The notes under the pieces were generated by a model that did not search any database, had not been told where the DNA came from, and worked only from the letters and a program-made list of their open reading frames with translations. The position numbers and the translations under genes are program-made. 64,000 nt of DNA, taken from an uncultured delta proteobacterium. Its GTDB lineage: Bacteria > Myxococcota_A > Polyangia > Polyangiales > B10-G4. The stretch spans positions 320,001-384,000 of the forward strand of contig CAVSGI010000010.1 of NCBI GenBank assembly GCA_963727445.1. The letters run 5' to 3'. Position 1 is the first letter of the stretch, and every line of letters begins with the position of its first letter. Shown here one piece after another: positions 29,898 to 38,085 of this stretch.

Positions 29898-30935
29898 ATG
29901 AGTGACGAGCGACGTTATCGTGTGCTGACGGAGGCCGACGTTCGCCCGCTCAGAGACGAGCGCCGAGAGCTCGCCCTCGAGGTGCTCCTCGGGCTCAGCG
30001 ATCGGCCGAAGCGCCTGCCGTCGAAGCACTTCTACGACGACGCCGGCAGCCGCCTCTTTCAGCAGATCATGGGCCTCGACGAGTACTACCTCACGGCGTG
30101 CGAGACGCAGATCCTCGAAAACCACGCCAAGGAGATCGTCTCGCGCTTCGTCGGGAAACGGATCAATCTCGTCGATCTCGGCGCCGGCGACGGAAAGAAG
30201 ACGCGGATTCTCCTCACCGAGCTCGAACGGCAGGGCGTGGACGCGCAGTACGTGCCCATCGACATCTCCGAAGGCGCGATGAAGGTCCTGCTCGAGGGGA
30301 TGGACGCCCAGGACGTGCACGTGCCGATTCGAGGCATCGTCGGGGAGTACGCGGACGGACTCCGATGGACGAGCCACGCTCACGCCGACCGCTCGTCGCT
30401 GGTGCTCTTCCTCGGCTCGAACATCGGCAACTTCAACCGTCCGCAGGCCCGCTCGTTCCTGCGTCAGCTCTGGAACCACCTGCGCCCCGAGGACTCCCTG
30501 CTCGTCGGTTTCGACCTCAAGAAGGACATCGACGTCCTGCTCAGCGCCTACAACGACTCCCAGGGAGTGACGGCGGCGTTCAACAAGAACCTGCTCTCGC
30601 GGATCAATCGGGAGCTCGATGCGAACTTCGACCTGAGCGCCTTTCGCCACTACGGCACGTACGACGTGCACTCCGGCGCCATGGTGAGCTATCTGGTGAG
30701 CCTGGAGCGGCAGCGCGTCGAGATCGGCGCCCTCGACCACGCCTTCGAGTTCGCCGCCTGGGAGCCGGTGCACACCGAGTACAGCTACAAGTACCTCCCG
30801 ACCGACATCGAAGCGCTCGCCGACGACACCGGCTTCTTCCCGGTCGCCCAGTACTTCGACGACCGCCAATACTTCACCGACTGCCTGTGGCGCGTGAAGG
30901 CGCAGCACACCGTGAAGTCCGCCGTGACCGGCTGA
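29898..30935 (+). CDS. egtD: L-histidine N-alpha-methyltransferase EgtD
   Basis: LPSKHFYDDAGSRLF..I..LDEYY, DLGAGDG.KT, FLGSNIGNF, AYNDSQGVTAAFN.N, HTEYSYKY; follows egtB. Confidence 0.95.
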   Translation: MSDERRYRVLTEADVRPLRDERRELALEVLLGLSDRPKRLPSKHFYDDAGSRLFQQIMGLDEYYLTACETQILENHAKEIVSRFVGKRINLVDLGAGDGKKTRILLTELERQGVDAQYVPIDISEGAMKVLLEGMDAQDVHVPIRGIVGEYADGLRWTSHAHADRSSLVLFLGSNIGNFNRPQARSFLRQLWNHLRPEDSLLVGFDLKKDIDVLLSAYNDSQGVTAAFNKNLLSRINRELDANFDLSAFRHYGTYDVHSGAMVSYLVSLERQRVEIGALDHAFEFAAWEPVHTEYSYKYLPTDIEALADDTGFFPVAQYFDDRQYFTDCLWRVKAQHTVKSAVTG

Positions 30936-30950
30936 CGCCCCCCGCGGCCA

Positions 30951-33095
30951 TCAAGGGAGCCGCTCGACCAGCTGATAGCTCCGGGTGAGGGTCTCGCCAT
31001 CGCGATCGAGGGTGATGGTCAGCTCGGTCGAGCTGCGCGCCTCGGCATACGCCTCGAGCGCTGCTTCGGGTCCGTCGATGGCGGCCCCGTTGACCGAACG
31101 GATCGAATCCCCGTTCTGTATCCCGAGCCGGTCCAAGAGCGAATTGGAGCGAATGCCGAAGAGCTTCATCCCGACGGGGTTTCCGTCTTCGATGTCGGGA
31201 ACGAGGCGGGCCAAGCGAAACACGTCGAGGTCGGGGCGTTCGGCGAGCTCGCGCGTGACGAGGTAGTGCCCCTCGCTCTGTTCGCGGATGCCGCGCTCGA
31301 CCGCCTCGGCCATGGGAGGCAGGTCCGTCGCCGGGGGGGCCTGGTCGGCGGCCAGGTCGGGGATCTCCGGCCGGCCGTCGAGAGCCGCCACCACGCGGAG
31401 CTCGGCTGCAGCCACGCGCGCGGCGGCGGTGATGAATGCGCTGGGCGTCGCGTCTTCGCCGAGCTCGAGATAGACATCTCCACTCGCTGTCTGTACAGCG
31501 CCGCTGCCATCGATCCGGATCTCGCTGCCCTCGTCGCCGAGGGGGGACAAGGTGAGGGCCGCTTCGGCGTCTGCGCCCACCACTGCGTGATAGGCGCGGG
31601 AGTACCGCTGGGGGCGGGGAACGGCGCTCGGCAGATGGACGATGGCACCGTTCATGCTCTGTGCGAAGGAGGCGAGCATCGGAAGGGCGCGTTCGATCTC
31701 GAGACGCTCCTCGGGGCTGAGCGCGGGTTCGGCCGAGCCTACCAGCGCGACCCGAGAGACTCCGGCGATCTCGGCGGCGCGAAGCACGGCGCGGAGGGTT
31801 TCGGCGGTGACCCGACGATCGACGGCGAAGCTCGAGAGGTCCTCCGGCGCGTCGACGTCGGCGTTCGGGCCCGTGACGAGGCCGAGCTCTGCCGCGAGGT
31901 CGGTGGGATGGTCCAGGGGGATGCGTCGCGCGGGCGCGGCGGTGGGGACGAGCGCGTCGGGCAGGAGCAACGCGCCGGGAGTGACGATCAGGTCCATGCC
32001 CGACGCAGCGACGTACGCGGGCTCGAAGGACTCGACCCCGGCCCAGGGCGTGGTCGCCTGCGCCGCGACGTCACCTTCGGCCCCTCGCACGACCACGCCG
32101 TCGACGAGCGGAGCGGTGAGGAGGAGGAGCGCGACCAGCCCGCCACCGACGAAGCCCCCCACGGTGGGGCGGGCGCGCGTCCACGCCCAGACCACCATCG
32201 CCAGGAGCGGAGGTGCCGTGAGCGCGAACGCCCAGGTCGAGACGCTTCGAAAGACGGCCACGTCCCGCGCGCTGCTGGCCAGGACGGAGCCCACGCCGTG
32301 ACCGACCGCGGCCAGGCCGTCCATGACCTGGACCATGGCGCCGGTGGCGCTGGCGCTCGTCGCGGCGACGAAGGCGAGGCTGAGCGCGGCGACCGAGGAG
32401 ACCGCGAGCGCGGCGCTCCTGTGCCGTGGCGCGTCGCGTCCGACTGCCGCGCCCGCCAGGGCCACGCACGGCAAGGAGAGGGCGGCGACGCCGAGGGGAG
32501 CGAGGGGACCCTGAAGGCCCCAGACGGTGAGGAGCCACACGGCGACGCCCAGCATTGGCAGCGCGGTGAGCGCGAGCGCGGCGGCGGCCGCTTTGCGGTT
32601 CGGCGCGCGCTGTCCGGCGGCGGCGAGGGCGAAGCCCAGCGCGACGCCCGAGAGCGTGCCCGCCGAGAGCGAGGCGCCGATGAGGTGGGAGAGGCTGACC
32701 AGGAGGACGCCTTGCGCGGTCACCGCGGTGCGCGTCGCCGGATCGGCGAAGCCTAGCGCGCTCTCGACCTGGTAGGTGGCGAGACGTGTGCCCGCGAGGC
32801 CGACGAGCCAGGGAAGCGTGGCTACGCCGAGGGTGACGAACGCGGGAACGCGCTTGGTCAGACCGCCCAACAAAAGGAGCACCCCGCAGAGGACGGGCAC
32901 CAGGGCGAATGGCAAGAGCAATGCGTAGGAGACCGGATCGAGCGCTCCGACCGCTTCCGTCGAACGCACGCCCAGGGCGACTCCGACACAACAGGTCGTG
33001 CCGAAGACCAGCGGCATCACGGCGGCCACGCCGGCGAGGGCCTTGCTCGGCTCGCGCGGCGTCGTCGTCGATGCTTCCTCCGGGCGAGCCGTCAT
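30951..33095 (-). CDS. Multi-pass membrane protein with C-terminal GspC-like PDZ domain; putative ExbB-like and ExbD-like regions
   Basis: C-terminus 'GMKLFGIRSNSLLDRLGIQNGDSIRSVNG...LDRDGE'; about 8-9 TM segments at the N-terminus. Confidence 0.65.
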   Translation of the reverse strand: MTARPEEASTTTPREPSKALAGVAAVMPLVFGTTCCVGVALGVRSTEAVGALDPVSYALLLPFALVPVLCGVLLLLGGLTKRVPAFVTLGVATLPWLVGLAGTRLATYQVESALGFADPATRTAVTAQGVLLVSLSHLIGASLSAGTLSGVALGFALAAAGQRAPNRKAAAAALALTALPMLGVAVWLLTVWGLQGPLAPLGVAALSLPCVALAGAAVGRDAPRHRSAALAVSSVAALSLAFVAATSASATGAMVQVMDGLAAVGHGVGSVLASSARDVAVFRSVSTWAFALTAPPLLAMVVWAWTRARPTVGGFVGGGLVALLLLTAPLVDGVVVRGAEGDVAAQATTPWAGVESFEPAYVAASGMDLIVTPGALLLPDALVPTAAPARRIPLDHPTDLAAELGLVTGPNADVDAPEDLSSFAVDRRVTAETLRAVLRAAEIAGVSRVALVGSAEPALSPEERLEIERALPMLASFAQSMNGAIVHLPSAVPRPQRYSRAYHAVVGADAEAALTLSPLGDEGSEIRIDGSGAVQTASGDVYLELGEDATPSAFITAAARVAAAELRVVAALDGRPEIPDLAADQAPPATDLPPMAEAVERGIREQSEGHYLVTRELAERPDLDVFRLARLVPDIEDGNPVGMKLFGIRSNSLLDRLGIQNGDSIRSVNGAAIDGPEAALEAYAEARSSTELTITLDRDGETLTRSYQLVERLP

Positions 33096-33129
33096 CGCCG
33101 TCGAGGGTACACGCCGAGGGCAATCGCAG

Positions 33130-35349
33130 TCAGAGGCCGCTGGAAGGCTCAGGGATGGGCAAGCCGCTCGCGTCCAGATTTCGCTGGTTGTCTCGGTAGA
33201 GGACTTCGTCGTTGATGCGCGCCTGGTCGAAGCCCGCCGTCTGGATGTTGGCGCCGATGGGATTCGACGAGACGACGCCGCTGTGCAGGTCCATCGTGCC
33301 TCCGCCCGCGAGCTGGATGCCGGCCAGCGCATTGCCGTCGACGACAAAGTCGCGGGCATCGAGCTGGGCGTTCGAATAGGCGCCGAGGCCGACGCCGATG
33401 CCGGCGCCACTGCAGCTGGAGGTGGCGCAGGCGCGCTCCGCCGTGTCCCGCACCTCGACGTCGACGAGCTCGACGGTGGTGCCATCGCCGCGCGCCGCGA
33501 TGGTAATCTCCCGGTTGTCGGTGAAGAAGCCTCCCTGGACGTTCACGGTGGCGCCATTCTGGGCGACGAGCCCGACGCCGAATTGTCCGCTCGCGGCTTC
33601 GCTCTCGGTGCGCCTGACCACCACGCTCTCGAGGGTGAGCGACGTGCCGGCGCCGTCGGCGCCGATGCCGGTCTCGTGGTTGTCCTCGACGAGCACCGAG
33701 GTCGCGCGCGCGTGGCTGCCGTCGCCCAGATACATGCCGCGACCGAAGCGCCCGTCGCTCGTCTGGCCGCGTGTGCCGCGGATGATGAGGTCGGTGATCT
33801 CGGCGTCGGCCGTCGCTCCCACGATGACGAGGCCCGCCTGCTCGTTGTCCTCGAGCAGAACGCGCTCGAGCTGCGCAGAATCCTCGACGTGGATCCCCTG
33901 ACCGAGCGTTCCATCCAGCCTGCGGCCGATGGTGTCGCGAATCGTCACGTCCGACAGGACGAGGGGCGTGCCCGTCCGCGTGGAGACGCCCGCGGTCTGG
34001 TTTCCGGCGAAGAGCGAGAGCGTGACCTGGGCGCTCGCGGCGTCCTCGAGACCGAGGCCGAATCCGTCGATCACGTCTCCCTCGGCGCCGGTGGTGTCGG
34101 CTACCACCAGGTGCTCCCCCTCGACGCGGCTACCCGAACCCAACGCGAAGACGCCCGCCTCGGCCGTGTTGGCCACGAAGACGCGTTCGAGCATCGCCAT
34201 AGAACCCTCGCTCAGGCTCAGCCCGCGCCCGAGACGCCCGTCCGAGGTTCGCGTGATGTCGCGGATGATCGAGTCGCGCAGCACGAGAGCGGTTTGAGCG
34301 TTGGTCATCGTGATGCCGCCGCTGACGTTGCGCTCGATCACGCTGGCGTCGAGGGTGATGTGGCCGCCCTCCGACACGTCGACGCCCTGCCCGAAGCGCC
34401 CGTCGGCCTGGGGCATCGTTCCGAAAAGCGCCAGCTCGCTGATCGCGGCGGAGGAACCGGCGCCGAGCACCCACAGGCCCGTCGCCAGGTTGCCCTCGAG
34501 GGTCACCTGCGCGAGCTCGACTGTGGAGCCATCGAAGACGGCGAGACCCGCGCCGGACTCGCCCGTCGCGCGCGCGCGTGTCTCGCGAACGACGACCCGG
34601 TCTCCGCTCGCGTGGGCGCCGTTTCGCACGACGACCCCGAACTCCCGCGCCCCCTCGACGGCGACACCGTGGAGCTCGACCGCGCCGGACTGCACCACGA
34701 CTCCGGGTCGCTCGCCAGAGAGGTGGACGTTGCGCACGACCGCGCCTTCCCCGAGCACCGTCACCACGCCGCTCGACACCGAAGCGCTCGTCGCCTCGAT
34801 CCCCGAGTCGGAGGTGCAAGCGCCCACCAGAGAGACGCCCGCCCTCAGGGATACGGCCTCCGAAGCCATGCCCCTTGCCAACGCGATCGTGGTGCCGGAG
34901 CTGGCGCGCGCGACGGCATCGGCAATCGTCGCGAAGGGCGCATCGCGCGAGCCATCCCCACTCGGCGCTGCACCCGGCTGCACGTACAGAACGTTCGTGG
35001 CCGGCAAATCCTCGGCCCACGCGCCCGCGGGGCAGGGAGCGCCAATCGGTGCGCACGCCGCCGTCCCGACGAAGCGAGCCTCTCCCATCGCGCAACCGTG
35101 CACCGTCCCCGACGCCCACGGCTCGCAGACCGTCACGCCATGAGCCGAGCGCTCGGTCCATCCATCCGGGCACGGCGTGAGCACGGGTGGCGCGGGCGAA
35201 AGGACCGCCATCCCGGCGTCGCCGCCCGCGTCCATCATGGCCGCGTCGGGTTCGCCTCCGTCGTCGCCGGTGCAGCCGAACAGCGCGAGGCATCCCACGA
35301 TCGTGCATCGGGCGAGCGCGATGAAGAGCGACCGAGCGAAAGCGCGCAT
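33130..35349 (-). CDS. Lipoprotein with right-handed parallel beta-helix repeats (paralog of 25300-27309)
   Basis: Lipobox LFGC; PPVLTPC..GW...CEPW; GDGSRDAPFATI; repeated DGRFGxG units. Confidence 0.82.
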   Translation of the reverse strand: MRAFARSLFIALARCTIVGCLALFGCTGDDGGEPDAAMMDAGGDAGMAVLSPAPPVLTPCPDGWTERSAHGVTVCEPWASGTVHGCAMGEARFVGTAACAPIGAPCPAGAWAEDLPATNVLYVQPGAAPSGDGSRDAPFATIADAVARASSGTTIALARGMASEAVSLRAGVSLVGACTSDSGIEATSASVSSGVVTVLGEGAVVRNVHLSGERPGVVVQSGAVELHGVAVEGAREFGVVVRNGAHASGDRVVVRETRARATGESGAGLAVFDGSTVELAQVTLEGNLATGLWVLGAGSSAAISELALFGTMPQADGRFGQGVDVSEGGHITLDASVIERNVSGGITMTNAQTALVLRDSIIRDITRTSDGRLGRGLSLSEGSMAMLERVFVANTAEAGVFALGSGSRVEGEHLVVADTTGAEGDVIDGFGLGLEDAASAQVTLSLFAGNQTAGVSTRTGTPLVLSDVTIRDTIGRRLDGTLGQGIHVEDSAQLERVLLEDNEQAGLVIVGATADAEITDLIIRGTRGQTSDGRFGRGMYLGDGSHARATSVLVEDNHETGIGADGAGTSLTLESVVVRRTESEAASGQFGVGLVAQNGATVNVQGGFFTDNREITIAARGDGTTVELVDVEVRDTAERACATSSCSGAGIGVGLGAYSNAQLDARDFVVDGNALAGIQLAGGGTMDLHSGVVSSNPIGANIQTAGFDQARINDEVLYRDNQRNLDASGLPIPEPSSGL

Positions 35350-35441
35350 GAGGGACCAGTGTGCCAAAAAGAAGAGGTGGCGACCCATCAAAGCGCTCGA
35401 CGCTCGTTGCTCGCGCGCGCGCCCAGCGGTAGAAGGGCCCG

Positions 35442-36911
35442 ATGGAGCGTCGCGAGCGACCCTATCTCTTTTATTCGGCGACGCGCGCGCTCTGCGGGAC
35501 CTGCCTTGCCACCGTCGACGCCAAGGAGCTGATCGAGGACGGCAAGGTCTGGCTCTGGAAGCGATGTCCGGAGCATGGCCAGGAGCGGGTGCTCATCAGC
35601 GACGACGTCGCGTACTTCAAGCTCTGCCGCGAGGTCTTCCTCAAGCCGCCCGAGCAGGTGGAGCGCTACAACACGCCCTTCGCCCGCGGTTGCCCGCACG
35701 ATTGCGGCATCTGCCCCGACCACGAGCAGCACGGCTGCGTCAGCCTCCTCGAGATCACCGACCACTGCAATCTGCGCTGCCCCACCTGCTATGCCTCGAG
35801 CGGACCGGAGCGCGACTCGGTCCGAACGATGGACGAGATCTGCGCGATGCTCGATCGCATCGTGGCGAACGAAGCGGAGCCCGACGTGGTGCAGGTCTCG
35901 GGCGGCGAGCCGACCACTCATCCTCGGCTCTTCGAGATCCTCGACGAGTGCCGGCGTCGGCCGATCAAGCACTTGATGCTCAACACGAACGGCCTGCGCA
36001 TCGCGCAGGAGCCGGGCTTCGCCGAGCGACTCGCGGCGTACCAGCCGGGATTCGAGGTGTACCTGCAGTTCGACGGAGTCTCCGACGAGGTGGCGCGCCC
36101 GCTCCGCGGTGCCGACGTCACCGAGCTCAAGAAGCGCGCCGTCGAACGGCTGAACGAGGTCGGGCTCTCCACCACGCTCGTCGCCACCATCCGGCGCGGC
36201 GTGAACGACGATCGCCTCGGTGAGCTCATCGCCTACGCCGCCGCGCAGCCCGCGGTGCGCGGGGTGACGCTGCAGCCCATCTACGACTCGGGGCGCAACG
36301 AGCACTTCGAGCCGGAAGGGCACCGCATCCCCTTGTCGGAGGTGCGGCGGCGTGTCGTCGAGCAGTTTCCGGCGCTCACCGCCGCGGACGTGATCCCGGT
36401 GCCCTGTCACCCCGACTGCCTGGCGATGGCCTACGCGATCCGTGGCGAGGGCGAGCGCTTTGCCGAGCTCACGCCGCTCACCCGGCACGTCCCCGCGGAG
36501 GTGCTCCTCTCGGCGGGCAAGAACACCATCGTCTACGAGGGCATGGCGAAGCAGATCTTCCGCACCTTCTCGACCGGCCATGGCCCCGAGGGTGCGACGC
36601 ACGCGCTTCGCGACCTCCTGTGCTGCCTGCCGCGGGTCGACGCGCTCCCGGAGCTCACCTACGACCGCGTCTTCCGCGTGCTGATCATGTCCTTTCTCGA
36701 CAAGCACACGCTGGACCTCCGCTCGGTCCGCAAGAGCTGCGTCCACGTCGCGTCTCGCGACGGCAGGCGCATGATCCCGATGGACACCTACAACATCTTC
36801 TATCGCGACGCGCCGGCGGAGAGCGAGCTGGTGGCGGCTTCGTCGCTCGGGCGCCGGTCGAGCCAGAAGAGCACGGCGAAGAGCGCGATGAACGCGAGCG
36901 ACGACCACTGA
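35442..36911 (+). CDS. Radical SAM protein of the tetraether lipid synthase (Tes/GDGT-MAS, MJ0619-like) family
   Basis: N-terminal CxxC...KRCPEHG, GCPHDCGICPDH, radical SAM motif CNLRCPTCYA, QVSGGEPT, LNTNG, YLQFDG, late SCVH...IPMDTYN. Confidence 0.88.
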   Translation: MERRERPYLFYSATRALCGTCLATVDAKELIEDGKVWLWKRCPEHGQERVLISDDVAYFKLCREVFLKPPEQVERYNTPFARGCPHDCGICPDHEQHGCVSLLEITDHCNLRCPTCYASSGPERDSVRTMDEICAMLDRIVANEAEPDVVQVSGGEPTTHPRLFEILDECRRRPIKHLMLNTNGLRIAQEPGFAERLAAYQPGFEVYLQFDGVSDEVARPLRGADVTELKKRAVERLNEVGLSTTLVATIRRGVNDDRLGELIAYAAAQPAVRGVTLQPIYDSGRNEHFEPEGHRIPLSEVRRRVVEQFPALTAADVIPVPCHPDCLAMAYAIRGEGERFAELTPLTRHVPAEVLLSAGKNTIVYEGMAKQIFRTFSTGHGPEGATHALRDLLCCLPRVDALPELTYDRVFRVLIMSFLDKHTLDLRSVRKSCVHVASRDGRRMIPMDTYNIFYRDAPAESELVAASSLGRRSSQKSTAKSAMNASDDH

Positions 36912-37528
36912 TAGAAGGTGAGGCCGAGGGCGAGCGTCGGCTCCGGCCGCACCCACTCGGTGAAGAAGCGGTAGACGAAGTAGGCGAGGAAGTAGAGCTT
37001 GATCCGCTGGCGCTCGAAGAGGCCGCGCTGGCCGAGCGCGTAGAGCACCACAGCCGCGCTGGCGTGAAAGAGCGCCTCGTAGATCTGCGTGGGATGGCGG
37101 GCGACGCCGTCGCCGAAGTCGACCGCCCAGGGAAGGGTGCTGGCCGCGCCGTAGCAGCAGCCCGCCCAGAAGCACCCGAGGCGGCCGACGGCGATGCTGG
37201 CCGCCAGCGGCACCGCGAAGCTGTCGCCGGTCTTGGTTTTCACGCCCGCGGCGAGCTTCGCCACCTCGACCCCGAAGTAGCCCCCGACCAGGCCGAAGGT
37301 GATGGTGCGCCCATCACCGAGCCACACGGTGCCGTCGAGCAGCCCCGCGGGGTCGGCGACGAGCCAGGGGATCTTGGCGAAGGTCGTGCCGCCGATGATC
37401 GCACCGAGGACGAGGGCGAGGCGCGTGAGCCGGTTCAGCGGCAGGGGTGGCGACAACTTGCGGCGCACCACCGCTCCCACCAGGACCGCGCTGCTCATGA
37501 TGAGCAGATAGACGAAGTCGACATTCAA
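36800..37528 (-). CDS. Prolipoprotein diacylglyceryl transferase (Lgt)-like protein, divergent paralog
   Basis: GRLGCFWAGCCYG, PWAVDF, RHPTQIYE, RFFTEWVR, multi-TM; TTG start overlaps the upstream stop (TTGA). Confidence 0.87.
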   Translation of the reverse strand: MNVDFVYLLIMSSAVLVGAVVRRKLSPPLPLNRLTRLALVLGAIIGGTTFAKIPWLVADPAGLLDGTVWLGDGRTITFGLVGGYFGVEVAKLAAGVKTKTGDSFAVPLAASIAVGRLGCFWAGCCYGAASTLPWAVDFGDGVARHPTQIYEALFHASAAVVLYALGQRGLFERQRIKLYFLAYFVYRFFTEWVRPEPTLALGLTFYQWSSLAFIALFAVLFWLDRRPSDEAATSSLSAGASR

Positions 37529-38085
37529 TACGCGCCCCCGAACGCCAGGACGCCGAAGCAGATGGCGATGAGGATGATGAAGGCAGCGACCGCCAAGAGG
37601 AAGACCAGACCGGTCACCACCACCACCGCGCCGAGGCCGATGGCCAGGGCCGTGGCGACCTCGCCCATCACGTCGCTGGCCATCGAGGAAGACTCTTCGG
37701 CCTGGTCCGCGCGCGCTGTGGCGTTCGCGGGCTGGGCACTCGGTGGGGCGCCGCTCGACTCGAAGGGCTTGCGGTCGCGCCAGAAGTCGAAGCGCTGCAC
37801 GTAGATGATGCGCGCCATCACCGCCACCACCGGCACCAGCATCAGCGCGTAGGGGACGAGGAGCCCCGGCCAAAGGAGCGCGAGCTCGAGCGCGACGCCG
37901 AGCATCACCATGAGCGCGAGGACGAAGCCGCCGATCCAGACGAAGCCCTCGAGCGGGGGCGCCGCGACAAGCTGACCCGTCGGCGCGGCCGCCGTTTCGG
38001 CGAGGGGGTAGCCGCAGAGCCAGCAGAACTTCGCGTCACCCTCGGCGCCGCTCCCGCAGCTCGGGCAGATACGGCCCGCCTTCAC
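37525..38085 (-). CDS. Zn-ribbon membrane protein with C-terminal hydrophobic helix ending ...IILIAICFG
   Basis: CPSC...CWLC at the N-terminus, two TM helices, low-complexity linker, long C-terminal TM; GTG start overlaps the upstream stop (GTGA). Confidence 0.75.
   Translation of the reverse strand: MKAGRICPSCGSGAEGDAKFCWLCGYPLAETAAAPTGQLVAAPPLEGFVWIGGFVLALMVMLGVALELALLWPGLLVPYALMLVPVVAVMARIIYVQRFDFWRDRKPFESSGAPPSAQPANATARADQAEESSSMASDVMGEVATALAIGLGAVVVVTGLVFLLAVAAFIILIAICFGVLAFGGAY

Noticed and set aside
30951..31300. Type II secretion operon
   Set aside because: Only a GspC-like PDZ segment is present; no gspD/E/F or pseudopilin genes are in the window.
35442..36911. Calling the radical SAM gene a proven tetraether synthase, a MoaA, a RiPP maturase or a selenoprotein
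   Set aside because: Family membership is clear but activity is not; there is no MoaA or SPASM-type C-terminal motif, no obvious precursor peptide and no in-frame TGA.
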